64,000 nt of DNA from an uncultured cyanobacterium. Its GTDB lineage: Bacteria > Cyanobacteriota > Cyanobacteriia > PCC-6307 > Cyanobiaceae. The stretch lies in assembly GCA_963697335.1 (NCBI GenBank), contig CAVONQ010000010.1, positions 32,001 through 96,000 of the forward strand. Reading direction: 5' to 3'. The position numbers were made by a program, and so were the translations under genes. Under the pieces are notes generated by a model. The model made no database searches. It saw only the letters and a list, made by a program, of their open reading frames with translations, and was not told the DNA's origin. The first letter of the stretch is position 1; each line of letters opens with the position of its first letter. Positions 20,312 through 29,657 of the stretch are shown here, piece after piece.

Positions 20312-21226
20312 TCAGGTGAGGGGACGGGCGGGATCCAGGCCCTCCACTTCCCCCTGAAACACCCTGGAGGCCGTGATGTCCTCGGCCTCCAGCGTCATCA
20401 GATCCAACTTGGTGAGGGCGTTGCCCATGCCACTGAACAGCCGGTTGGCCTGGCGCATGCGGGCGCGATCGATGGCGTTGCGGATTGAGCGGGCATTGGC
20501 GAAGAAGGGCAGCTTCATGCGGCGCTGGATGTAGTCCGCGAAGGCGGAGCGGGCTTCATCGCTGAAACGGTAGTTCTCGGCAGCCAAGATCAACTGGGCG
20601 ATCGCCAGCAGCTCCTTGGCGCTGTAGTCGGGGAAGTCGATGTGGTTGGCCACCCGCGACGAAAGACCGGGGTTGGATTGGTAGAAGATGTCCATCCGAT
20701 CCTTGTAGCCCGCGAAGATCACCACCAGATCGTCGCGCTGACTCTCCATCACCTGCAGCAGGATCTCGATCGCCTCTGCCCCATAATCCCTCTCATTTTC
20801 AGGGCGGTAGAGGTAGTAGGCCTCGTCGATGAACAGCACCCCCCCCATGGCTTTCTTGAGCATCTCCCTGGTCTTGGGAGCGGTGTGGCCGATGTACTGC
20901 CCCACCAGGTCATCGCGGGTGGCGGTGATCACATGGCCCTTGCGCACATAGCCCAGCCCGTGCAGGATCTTGCTCATCCGCTCGGCCACGGTGGTCTTGC
21001 CGGTGCCCGGCCGACCGGTGAAGGACATGTGCAGCGAGGGCGGCGCCGTTTCCAGCCCCACTTGCTGGCGGGCCCGGTTCACCACCAGCAGGGCGGCGAT
21101 CTCACGGATGCGGGCCTTCACCGGCCGCAGGCCGATCAGGTCGCGGTCGAGTTCATCCAGCACCTCCTGCACCCCGGCTCCCTCGTAGGCCGCCCGCAGG
21201 TCCACCGACAGGCCCAGATCGGTCAC
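20312..21226 (-). CDS. cbbX: CbbX AAA+ Rubisco activase-family protein
   Basis: [50 protein letters not shown]. Confidence 0.95.
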   Translation of the reverse strand: MTDLGLSVDLRAAYEGAGVQEVLDELDRDLIGLRPVKARIREIAALLVVNRARQQVGLETAPPSLHMSFTGRPGTGKTTVAERMSKILHGLGYVRKGHVITATRDDLVGQYIGHTAPKTREMLKKAMGGVLFIDEAYYLYRPENERDYGAEAIEILLQVMESQRDDLVVIFAGYKDRMDIFYQSNPGLSSRVANHIDFPDYSAKELLAIAQLILAAENYRFSDEARSAFADYIQRRMKLPFFANARSIRNAIDRARMRQANRLFSGMGNALTKLDLMTLEAEDITASRVFQGEVEGLDPARPLT

Positions 21227-21507
21227 GGGCCACTCTCAGCCGGAGGGGCGGCCGGGCAGAGGGCATCGATGGCGGCGGTGAACGCCTCGTCCTCAGGTCC
21301 GATCAGCTCCTGCTCGGGCTCAGGCCGCAGGGTGAGGTTCACATAGGTTCGCCCGAAGCTGATGTCCGGATAGCGGCCCAGCCGGTCGCAGAGATCGTTC
21401 AGTTGCTCCAGGAAGGCGCGGGTTGCCCCGTAGTCGCCGAACTCGATACGCCGCTCCAGGCGCTCGGCGCGGTCGGGCTTGGGCCGGGGAGTCCAGGTCT
21501 GCTCCAT
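21223..21507 (-). CDS. pterin-4a-carbinolamine dehydratase-like Rubisco assembly factor (acRAF/Raf2)
   Basis: [26 protein letters not shown]; position in the cso locus. Confidence 0.85.
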   Translation of the reverse strand: MEQTWTPRPKPDRAERLERRIEFGDYGATRAFLEQLNDLCDRLGRYPDISFGRTYVNLTLRPEPEQELIGPEDEAFTAAIDALCPAAPPAESGP

Positions 21508-21516
21508 GGTCAGACC

Positions 21517-22692
21517 CTAGGCCAGCGCTGGGTTGGGGCGGACCCAGCGGCTCTCCGCCAGGCAGTCGGTGCGGGCGGCCGCCAGGCGCCTGGCCCAGGC
21601 ACCGGCGTAGGCCAGGTTGGCGGCCTGCTGGCTCGCCTCGCTGCAGGCCAGCCCGTGGGGCATGGTGCCCTGGATAGCGGCCTCGGTCACACAGAACATC
21701 GCCTTCTGGAAGCTGCGGCAGATGTTCACGTGGATGTCGCCCTCACCGCGGCCGTGCTGGTCGTACCAGCGATGTAGGGCCTCGGGCAGATGGCGGAGCA
21801 TGTCCTGCATCAGCAGGCTGGGGGGGATGCCCGCCCCCATGGTTGGCAGCGGATCGGCAAACAGGGCGCCATAGGCGAAGCGGGCCTGGTCGGTGGAAAT
21901 CTGCTGGGCCTGGGCGTTGAAGCTCACGGTGCCGAAGAACGGCGTCCCGCGCAGGAACACCGCCTCCACATAGGGCACCGCCACATCCATCAGAAAGCTG
22001 AGGCCGGCCTCGGGGGGCAGCACCCAGTGCCGCTGGCCGCCGAGCTCCACGGCGTAGGTGATGGGAGCGCTGGCTGCCCGCACCAGGCCCTGCCGGATGT
22101 ACTCCACCACAGCGGCCATCGTGCCGATCCGGCCCTCGCGTTCCTCGGTGGCCAGGGCCAGGAACAGATCACTCATCACCCGCCAGAACTGGCCGAGCGC
22201 ATGGGTGGTGGCGGCACTGCGGATCAGCTCCGGCAGGAAGCCCGGGAACAGGGGATGGAGCAGGGCCAGCAGGGGATCGCCCTGACGCTTGGCGGCGATG
22301 ATGCCGGCGCAGCCGGCGGCGAAGTCGGTGGAGTCAAGGTAGACATCCAGCCCGCCCGTGCCGTGCCAGAGCATGGTCTTCATGCAGTACTCGGCATACT
22401 CGTAATTGATGCGGTCGTGCCGCAGGTTGCGCCAGATCCGGGCCGGGCTCGGATCCCCATCCAGATACTTGAACAGGGGCAAGGGATTGAGAAACTGGCG
22501 CTCGGCCTGAAAGATCAGGTTGGTGCTGTAGGCATCCAGCACGGCGCCATAGCTCTCCAGCACCCCCACCACCTGCAGCCGCTGGTCCGCCGAGTCGGCC
22601 ACCAGGGTCTGGCCGCTGAGCAGCCGCTGGCACAGCTCAGCCGTTGTGAGCCTGTCGCCCTTCACGGTGAGATCGGCCGGAATCACAGGCAT
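21517..22692 (-). CDS. cupB: CO2 hydration protein CupB/ChpX
   Basis: DRINYEYAEYC, GQFWRVMSD, PYVEAVFLRG, GAGIPPSLLMQDM; follows ndhF/ndhD; no cupS. Confidence 0.88.
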   Translation of the reverse strand: MPVIPADLTVKGDRLTTAELCQRLLSGQTLVADSADQRLQVVGVLESYGAVLDAYSTNLIFQAERQFLNPLPLFKYLDGDPSPARIWRNLRHDRINYEYAEYCMKTMLWHGTGGLDVYLDSTDFAAGCAGIIAAKRQGDPLLALLHPLFPGFLPELIRSAATTHALGQFWRVMSDLFLALATEEREGRIGTMAAVVEYIRQGLVRAASAPITYAVELGGQRHWVLPPEAGLSFLMDVAVPYVEAVFLRGTPFFGTVSFNAQAQQISTDQARFAYGALFADPLPTMGAGIPPSLLMQDMLRHLPEALHRWYDQHGRGEGDIHVNICRSFQKAMFCVTEAAIQGTMPHGLACSEASQQAANLAYAGAWARRLAAARTDCLAESRWVRPNPALA

Positions 22693-24233
22693 CAGCCCAG
22701 GCCCCCGGAGGCCAGCTGCGCGGCCAGGGCCGGCAGCTGCGCCATGGCGGTGGTGGTGGCCTCACTCAGGTGCCCCAGGCCACCGGGCGCCAGACCGAGC
22801 ACCACCACGCCGAGGGCCAGGGCGATGGCCGGCACCGTCTCGCGCGCTGCTACGGCGGGCAGCTGGATGTCGAGCCGGCTGGACTCGAGCGGATCCTCGG
22901 CGGCGGTGATGGCCAGCCGGCCGAAGAAGGCCCGGTTCACCAGCAGCAGGAAGTACACCGCCGTGAGCCCGGAGCCCACCATGCAGCAGAGGGTGGCCAC
23001 CGGGTAGGCGCCGAGGCTGCCCCGAAACACCAGGAACTCGGCGATGAAGCCCGCCATGCCGGGCATGCCGGCACTTGCCATCACGGCCAGGATCATCAGC
23101 GATCCCGTGAGCGCCAGACCTCGCTCGGGGTTGAGCAGACCCTTCAGCACCGTCAGGTCGCGGCTGCCCGTCTTGCGGTACACGATCCCCACCAGCAGAA
23201 ACAGCAGGGCTGAAATCAGGCCATGGCTCACCATCTGGAACTGGGTGCCCAGCAGGCTCACCGGCGATGCTGCCGCCGCCGCCAGCAGGATGTAGCCCAT
23301 GTGCCCCACGGAGCTGTAGGCCACCATCCGCTTCATGTCCTGCTGGGCGATCGCCGCCAGCGACCCGAACACCACAGAGATCGCCGCCCATACCGCCAAT
23401 CCCGGCGCCAGCACCGCCCAGGCCTCAGGGAACAGCCCCATGCCGAAGCGCAGCAGGCCGTAGGTGCCCAGCTTCAGCAGCACGCCCGCCAGCAGCACCG
23501 ACACCGGCGTGGAGGCCTGGGTGTGGGCATCGGGCAGCCAGGTGTGGAATGGCACCAGCGGCATCTTGATGCCGAATCCCACCAGCAGCGCCAGCAGCAG
23601 CACGATCTGGCTGCCCAGTCCAAGTTGCTGGGAGGTCACTGCCGTGGGGCTGAAGTCCACGGTTCCGGTGAGCAGGGCCAGGCCCAGAAAGGCTGCCAGG
23701 ATCAGCATGCCGGAGATGGCCGTGAAGATGAGGAACTTGGTGGCCGCGTAGGCCCGCCCGGCGCCCCCCCAGATGGAGATCAACAGCCATAGGGGGATCA
23801 GTTCGAGCTCGTAGAAGAGCACGAACAGCAGCAGGTTGTCGGCCAGGAAGGCCCCGTTCACGGCCCCGCTGATCAGCAGCAGCAGGGCGAAGTAGAGGCG
23901 CGGCCGGCGGCTCAGGTCGCGGCTGCAGACCACGGCCACCAGGCTGAGGCCGGCGTTCATCAGCACCAGCGGCAGCGACAGCCCATCCACCCCGAGCCGG
24001 TACTCGAGGCCCAGGTCGGGCAGCCAGGTGTGCACCTCCTGCAGCTGCAGGCCGCTCTGGCCGGGGTCGAAGGCCAGCACCACGGCCAGGCTGAGGCCCA
24101 GCTGCAGGCTGAGCAGGGCGATGCTGGCCTGCCGCAGCCGGGCGGCAGTGGCAGGTTGGGGCCAGGCCAGCAGGCCCAGGCCGCCGGCCAGGGGCAGCAG
24201 CAGCAGCAAGGAGAGCAGGGGCAGGGCGCTCAT
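22692..24233 (-). CDS. ndhD4: NDH-1 CO2-uptake subunit NdhD4
   Basis: NuoM-type: LGVDGLSLPL, FYELELIP, PFHTWLPDAH, AYSSVGHMG. Confidence 0.9.
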   Translation of the reverse strand: MSALPLLSLLLLLPLAGGLGLLAWPQPATAARLRQASIALLSLQLGLSLAVVLAFDPGQSGLQLQEVHTWLPDLGLEYRLGVDGLSLPLVLMNAGLSLVAVVCSRDLSRRPRLYFALLLLISGAVNGAFLADNLLLFVLFYELELIPLWLLISIWGGAGRAYAATKFLIFTAISGMLILAAFLGLALLTGTVDFSPTAVTSQQLGLGSQIVLLLALLVGFGIKMPLVPFHTWLPDAHTQASTPVSVLLAGVLLKLGTYGLLRFGMGLFPEAWAVLAPGLAVWAAISVVFGSLAAIAQQDMKRMVAYSSVGHMGYILLAAAAASPVSLLGTQFQMVSHGLISALLFLLVGIVYRKTGSRDLTVLKGLLNPERGLALTGSLMILAVMASAGMPGMAGFIAEFLVFRGSLGAYPVATLCCMVGSGLTAVYFLLLVNRAFFGRLAITAAEDPLESSRLDIQLPAVAARETVPAIALALGVVVLGLAPGGLGHLSEATTTAMAQLPALAAQLASGGLG

Positions 24234-26107
24234 GGGCCGCCTCGGCTGAGCCAGGCCAGGGAGGCGGCCAGCGTCACGATCGCCACCACGGCGGTGAGCA
24301 GATACGACTGCAGCTGCCCGCTCACCCCCAGCTTCAGACCCTCGGCGCTCTGCAGCGAGAGGCGACCGAAACCATTCACCACCCCATTCACCAGGCGTCG
24401 ATCCAGCCAGTCGCTGAGGCGGGCCAGGGCCGCCACCAGGGCCACCAGCGTGCTGCGGTAGGCCGCCTCGCTGTAGAAGTCGAAGGCCAGCAGGTCCTGC
24501 AGGCCGCGCAGGGCCTGGGGGCTGGAGCGGCTCCGCACCCCATCGAGCGGCAGCCGCGCGCCGATCCCCACCCCCAACAGCCCACTGCCCACCACCGCCA
24601 GGCCGATGGGCCAGGGGAACGAGGCCAGGCCAGGCACTGGATCCAGCCGGGCCAGCAGCAGGGGGGTGAGCAGCACCAGCACGCTGAGACTCACCATCGG
24701 CAGGGCCATCAGCCAGACCACCTCCGGCGTGCGGCGGGTCTTGGGCATCGCGGGCCCCAGAAACACGCTGCGGAACACCCGGCAGAGGTTCACCGCTGTG
24801 AGGGCATTGGTGATCAGGAGCACGGCGGCGAAGGCGGGAGTGTCAGCCAGCAGAGCCTCCACGCCCAGGCCGAAGCACCAGAAGCAGCCCAGGGGCAGCA
24901 GCCCCACCAGGCCGGCGCTCCCCACCACAAAGGCGGTGGCGGTGGCCGGCATGCGGCTGCCGATGCCGCCCAGCTCGGTGAGGTCCTGGCAGTTGGTGGC
25001 GGCGATCACGCTGCCCACCCCCATGAACAGCAGCGCCTTGGCCAGGGCGTGGGAGAACAGCAGCAGCAGGGCGATGCCGGGCTGCTGCAGGGCGATGGCA
25101 ATGAACACCAGCCCCACGTAGGAGGTGGTGCCGTAGGAGCAGGCGCGCTTGAGGTCCACCTGGGCCAGGGCCACGAGGGCTCCGGCCAGGGCGCTGATCG
25201 TGCCCACCGCCAGCAGCACGTCCGTGGCCACCGGGGAGAGCAGCAGCAGCGGCATCAGCTTGAGCAGCACCAGGGCTCCGGCGGTGACCACCGCTGAGTT
25301 GCGCAGGATCGAGGCCGGGTTGGGGCCCTCCATGGCCTCATCGAGCCAGAGGTGCATCGGGAACTGGGCGCACTTGCCCATCGGTCCGGCGATCAGCCCC
25401 AGGCCCAGCAGGGTGCCGGCCAGGGGGGTGAGGCTGCCGTCGGCGTGGGCGGCCGCGGCCCAGCTGTAGAGATCGGTGAACTCCATCGATCCGGCCCAGG
25501 CCGAGAGCGCCACCACCCCCATCAGCAGCAGCACATCGCCCACCCGCTTGGTGAGGAAGGCGTCGCGGGCCGCCGTGACCACCAGCGGCTGGGCATACCA
25601 GAACCCCACCAGCAAATAGGTGGAGAGGGTGAGCATCTCCAGCAGGAAATAGCTCATGAACAGATTGCTGCTCAGCACCACCCCACAGAGGGCGCCTTCA
25701 AAGAAGCCCACCAGGCCGTAGAAGCGCGCCAGCGACCACTCCTTGTCGAGGTAGCCGAGGGCAAACACCTGGGCCAGCAGGCTGAGCAGCGTCACCAGGG
25801 CCAGGGCCGCCAGGTTGGTGGGCGAGAGGTCGAAGCCCAGGCTGAGGCTGAGGTCGGCGGCGGAAAACCACGGGATGGCCAGATGGGCAGGGCCGTGGAG
25901 GTTCACCTCCCAGGCCACCAGGGCGCCGTGGACCACGGCCAGCAGGGTGACCAGCAGGTTGAGGTAGGCGGCCGGCCGGGGACCCTGGCGCGGCAACCAG
26001 CCCCAGGCCCAGGGCAGCGAGAGCAGCATGCCGCTGAACCCATAGAGCGGGATCAGCCAGGCCAACTGAAGCGAAAGAGGTAGGGATGGGCTCAATGGCT
26101 CGACCAT
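24230..26107 (-). CDS. ndhF4: NDH-1 CO2-uptake subunit NdhF4
   Basis: NuoL-type: GPRPAAYLN, KCAQFPMHLWLDEAMEGPNPASILRN, SGQLQSY. Confidence 0.9.
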   Translation of the reverse strand: MVEPLSPSLPLSLQLAWLIPLYGFSGMLLSLPWAWGWLPRQGPRPAAYLNLLVTLLAVVHGALVAWEVNLHGPAHLAIPWFSAADLSLSLGFDLSPTNLAALALVTLLSLLAQVFALGYLDKEWSLARFYGLVGFFEGALCGVVLSSNLFMSYFLLEMLTLSTYLLVGFWYAQPLVVTAARDAFLTKRVGDVLLLMGVVALSAWAGSMEFTDLYSWAAAAHADGSLTPLAGTLLGLGLIAGPMGKCAQFPMHLWLDEAMEGPNPASILRNSAVVTAGALVLLKLMPLLLLSPVATDVLLAVGTISALAGALVALAQVDLKRACSYGTTSYVGLVFIAIALQQPGIALLLLFSHALAKALLFMGVGSVIAATNCQDLTELGGIGSRMPATATAFVVGSAGLVGLLPLGCFWCFGLGVEALLADTPAFAAVLLITNALTAVNLCRVFRSVFLGPAMPKTRRTPEVVWLMALPMVSLSVLVLLTPLLLARLDPVPGLASFPWPIGLAVVGSGLLGVGIGARLPLDGVRSRSSPQALRGLQDLLAFDFYSEAAYRSTLVALVAALARLSDWLDRRLVNGVVNGFGRLSLQSAEGLKLGVSGQLQSYLLTAVVAIVTLAASLAWLSRGGP

Positions 26108-26162
26108 CAGGCGGCCCGGAGCCGGGGGGACTCAGTACCGCTGCTCCCCTGCAGGGGCTGGC

Positions 26163-26639
26163 TCAGAAACGGGCCCGATCGAGGTCTGGGCCCGGATGAG
26201 CGCCCAGCTGGCCCAGCCAAGTGGCCAGCTCCTCGCCATGGGATTGCTCCTCGCGCCACAGTTCACGGAAGAAGGCTTCATTCTCCCCGTCCCCGATCTG
26301 AACGCAGAAGCGCACGGCCTCGGCGTAATGATTGATGAGGTCGGCTTCCTGGACGCTGTTGTGCCGCAGCAACCCCAGCAGGTCGGGGGCGTGGGCGACC
26401 GGATGCAACTGGGAGGCCGCAGGAGCCACTCCGAGGCGGAGCATGCGCTGCACCAGCTTTTCGGCGTGCCGGAGTTCTTCCACGGTTTCTTCGCGGAAGC
26501 GCTTGGCGGCCTCAGCATCGCCCCAGAGCTCCAGCAGGGAGGCCTGGGTCATGTATTGCTGCACGGCCGAGAGCTCGAGGCTCAGGGCGCGACCCAGATA
26601 GCCCAGGACGCGCGGGTGGGCGGCGTCCATCGGCATCAC
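26163..26639 (-). CDS. ferritin/bacterioferritin-like domain protein
   Basis: ALSLELSAVQQY, EELRH and EEQSH (ExxH) four-helix diiron-type motifs. Confidence 0.85.
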   Translation of the reverse strand: MMPMDAAHPRVLGYLGRALSLELSAVQQYMTQASLLELWGDAEAAKRFREETVEELRHAEKLVQRMLRLGVAPAASQLHPVAHAPDLLGLLRHNSVQEADLINHYAEAVRFCVQIGDGENEAFFRELWREEQSHGEELATWLGQLGAHPGPDLDRARF

Positions 26640-27292
26640 AGGCGGCGGATGGCCTCAGTGCTCTGCAGGGCCGGCTCCACCTCGGTGTGGGGGCGGGCAA
26701 TGATGTGGGCAGCCACCAGGCCATCACCCACCCGCTCGCAGGCGTCGGCACCGGCGCGCACCGCTGCGTTCACGGCGCCGGTTTCGCCACGCACCATCAC
26801 GGTGACGTAGCCGCCACCGACGAACTCGCGGGCCACCATGGTGACCTCAGCGGCCTTGGTCATGGCGTCGGCCGCCTCGATGGCAGGCACCAGGCCGCGG
26901 GTTTCAATCATGCCGAGGGCGATGCCGTGAACGGTGGGAGCCATGGGGGAAGTTGCGGAGGAGGAGGAAGAGGCGGGGGGCCGGGTGCCACTGGAGCCAC
27001 CGGAGCGGCGGCTGGAGCGGCTGCTGCTGGAGCGCGGACTGGTGCTGGAGGCGGGCGGCAGAGCCCTGGACCGGCTGGTGGCGCTGGCTGCGGAGCGAAC
27101 TGTGGAGGGCTTCGCAGTTGCTGCAGCTGGGGCGCTGCTGGACTTCACGGCGCTGGTGTTCGGTGAGCCGGTGGCGGCTGCCGGGGGTGGGCTGACGGGA
27201 GTGGGTGCTGGCGTGGGGGTGGCGCTGCTGGTGTCACCGGCGCCCTCTGAGGCGGCGGACTTGCCGGTCGATCGGGTGGTCGGTGTGGCCAT
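26636..27292 (-). CDS. csoS1E: BMC-H shell protein with long disordered N-terminus (CsoS1E)
   Basis: C-terminal BMC domain nearly identical to CsoS1; ~115-aa Ser/Ala/Pro/Thr/Arg-rich extension. Confidence 0.88.
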   Translation of the reverse strand: MATPTTRSTGKSAASEGAGDTSSATPTPAPTPVSPPPAAATGSPNTSAVKSSSAPAAATAKPSTVRSAASATSRSRALPPASSTSPRSSSSRSSRRSGGSSGTRPPASSSSSATSPMAPTVHGIALGMIETRGLVPAIEAADAMTKAAEVTMVAREFVGGGYVTVMVRGETGAVNAAVRAGADACERVGDGLVAAHIIARPHTEVEPALQSTEAIRRL

Positions 27293-27370
27293 GGCGGGGC
27301 GCGGGGGGACGGGAACAGGGAGAGATCAGCAAACCGGCCGCCCTGATGGAAGCAGCCGCCGGAGCGTCAG

Positions 27371-27622
27371 CTAGCCATCGGGTTCCCAGAAATCAATGAT
27401 TCCGGCGATGGTCAGATCGATCTGGGCTTCAGGGACCCCACAGGCGAAGCGGGCGGCGGAGCCGCTGGAGGTGAACACCCAGTTGCCCACGGAGGCCCCG
27501 ACGGGATCCACGGCCACCGCGATCTTGCCTTTGACGTTGCGCAGCACCCTGAGGTTCCAGTGGCCCATGCCACCGACCCGCTGGGTGCAGACGAGGGAGC
27601 CGGTCACCTGCATGATCTCCAT
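27371..27622 (-). CDS. csoS4B: carboxysome vertex pentamer CsoS4B
   Basis: MEIMQV.G.LVCTQRV, VAVDPVGA, GSAARFA, DLTIAGIIDFW. Confidence 0.95.
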   Translation of the reverse strand: MEIMQVTGSLVCTQRVGGMGHWNLRVLRNVKGKIAVAVDPVGASVGNWVFTSSGSAARFACGVPEAQIDLTIAGIIDFWEPDG

Positions 27623-27924
27623 CAGCCGGCCCCTCCTGCCGCAGGGCTGGTGCCCGTGGCAGGCGGGGCCGGCTTGGGGGCGTCGGGGTCCCAGTGGTCG
27701 ATGATCCCCACGATCGTGAGGTCGCTGGGGTACGACTTGCTGCCGGCGGCTTCCCGGGCCGCCGAACTGCCCACGCAGATCACCCAGTCACCGGGGATGC
27801 AGCCCACGGCGTCCACCGCCACTTTCTTGGTGCTGCCATCCAGCACCACCTGCAGCAGCTTGTGTTCGAAACCGGGGATGCGGTTGGTGGACACCAGGGG
27901 TTTGAGCACTTTGCAGATCAGCAT
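27622..27924 (-). CDS. csoS4A: carboxysome vertex pentamer CsoS4A
   Basis: MLICKVLKPLVSTNRIPGFEH, VAVDAVGC, YPSDLTIVGIIDHW. Confidence 0.95.
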   Translation of the reverse strand: MLICKVLKPLVSTNRIPGFEHKLLQVVLDGSTKKVAVDAVGCIPGDWVICVGSSAAREAAGSKSYPSDLTIVGIIDHWDPDAPKPAPPATGTSPAAGGAG

Positions 27925-27925
27925 C

Positions 27926-29650
27926 TCAATGGCCTCCTGGTGCGGCAAAGACGATGGTGGACGCCACCACCTCGGCAGGGATGTGGCGATCCTGATCGCG
28001 GATGGTCAGCAGGGCGTGCAGCAGGCCCTGCTGGCAGAGTTCGGCATAGCGGCCCTCGATGGCGGCCTGCACCCGCTGGCAATGGCGTACCGCCCGCTCC
28101 CGCGCCCCGGGCACCTGGCCGTGGTAGTCGAAGCGCACCACCACCGGCACCGGCAGCCCCCGCGATACGTTCAGCCCCCGGAAGATCTTGACGCCCACAT
28201 CCAGGTCGGCGGCGCCCTCTTCCACGGTGTCCATGTAGGCGAAGTAGGTGAGGTTGCGCAGGTGGATTTCCTTGAAACCGATCCCCACGCCGATGAACCG
28301 CTCCGCGTGGCTGGCGTCGTCGTAGGCGCCGCCATGGAACTGGCGCACGTAGTCGATCTGGGAGATGTTGTGCTCGAGCAGGCGGGCCACGAGGCTCACC
28401 ATGCCGGGGTCAGGGGCCGAGGCCGCGGCCTGGCGCACCAGCTCCTGCAGCCGCTGGCGGGCCTGCTCGGGGTCCAGGTCGGCGGTGGCGGCATAGACGT
28501 CCTGGGCATCGAGCCAGCGCTCGAGGTTGGTGCTGCCATCCATGCCCGGCACGTGCACCCGGATGGCATCGGTGTCGGTGTCGATGCCCAGCAGCAGCAG
28601 ATCCACCGAGGCGCCGCAGCAGAAGCTGTTCTCCACCGCCTGCTGGAAGTCCTGCAGGCGGTGGAGCCCACAGGAGGCTGCCAGGCTGTCATTGCTGCCG
28701 TGGGCGGCGCAGCCCTCATGGCTCGGATCCCTGGAACTGAAGTGGTACATCGCCACCTTCAGGTAGCGGGTGTCGGCATGGGCGGGATTGGGGATCCCCT
28801 CCCGATAGCGGAGGTGCTCGGTCTTCACCCAGCGGTTCACCGTGTTCTCCACATCAAAGAGGGCACCGGCATGGGGCCTGCGCCGCACGGAACTGAAGGG
28901 CAGCCTCAGGCCGTAGGCGATGGCATGGCCCAGGCGGCCGTCGGCACAGGGGGTGATGTCGAGCAGGTGGAAGCCACACTCCAGCAGGAATTCATTGAAG
29001 GCCTGGGCGGCTTCACTGCCAGCCTGGCCGCCGAGGGGATCCCGATTGAAAAAGGCGGCGCTGGTCTGCTCGTAGGTCTCGAATACGCACCAGGCAAACA
29101 GGGTGCGCATGTCGAGCTGGCTCACCCAGGCGGTTTCCAGAATCGGCAGGGGCAGGGCATAGCCCAGCTGGTCCTGGGCGATCGCCTGGGCCTGGTCCAC
29201 GAAGTTGTCCTCGTGCTGGAGGGCCGACAGCTGCTTGAGCACAGGCACGATGCGGTCAAAGGCCTGCTTGACCCCCTCGTCGTAGGCCTGCAGGGCCCGG
29301 TTGGCGCCCAGATCGGTGAGCGGATGGGTGCTGGAGCCGCTCCCTGGGCTGGTCGCCGGCCGGCTCGCGAGGACGCGGCTGAAGCCTGCTGTTCGCGTAC
29401 CCGGTTTGCCCAGGCTGGAGATGTTGGGACCTGAGGGCCGGGTCCGCTGGCTCCGGCTGGGGCCGCTGGGTGTTGCTGGAGGCCGGACGGCCTGCATGGC
29501 TGCCCTGGCGCGGGTGCCGCGCAGGGGCACCGTGGGCTGGGGGCTGTTGTCAGCAGGAGGCATGCCCGGATCCCTGCTGGATCCCGGGCGGCGGCGCTGG
29601 GCTGTGGGGGCGAGCGAAGCGGCGCTGGGGCGGGAAGATCGGCGGGGCAT
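27926..29650 (-). CDS. csoSCA: carboxysomal carbonic anhydrase CsoSCA (CsoS3)
   Basis: HPLTD, PCADGRL, YHFS...EGCAAHGS Zn ligands, LRNLTYFAY; disordered N-terminus. Confidence 0.95.
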   Translation of the reverse strand: MPRRSSRPSAASLAPTAQRRRPGSSRDPGMPPADNSPQPTVPLRGTRARAAMQAVRPPATPSGPSRSQRTRPSGPNISSLGKPGTRTAGFSRVLASRPATSPGSGSSTHPLTDLGANRALQAYDEGVKQAFDRIVPVLKQLSALQHEDNFVDQAQAIAQDQLGYALPLPILETAWVSQLDMRTLFAWCVFETYEQTSAAFFNRDPLGGQAGSEAAQAFNEFLLECGFHLLDITPCADGRLGHAIAYGLRLPFSSVRRRPHAGALFDVENTVNRWVKTEHLRYREGIPNPAHADTRYLKVAMYHFSSRDPSHEGCAAHGSNDSLAASCGLHRLQDFQQAVENSFCCGASVDLLLLGIDTDTDAIRVHVPGMDGSTNLERWLDAQDVYAATADLDPEQARQRLQELVRQAAASAPDPGMVSLVARLLEHNISQIDYVRQFHGGAYDDASHAERFIGVGIGFKEIHLRNLTYFAYMDTVEEGAADLDVGVKIFRGLNVSRGLPVPVVVRFDYHGQVPGARERAVRHCQRVQAAIEGRYAELCQQGLLHALLTIRDQDRHIPAEVVASTIVFAAPGGH

Positions 29651-29657
29651 GGGCAAC

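Noticed and set aside
26660..26935. Assembly duplication of csoS1
   Set aside because: The BMC domain matches CsoS1 at protein level but has many synonymous differences, consistent with the paralogue csoS1E.
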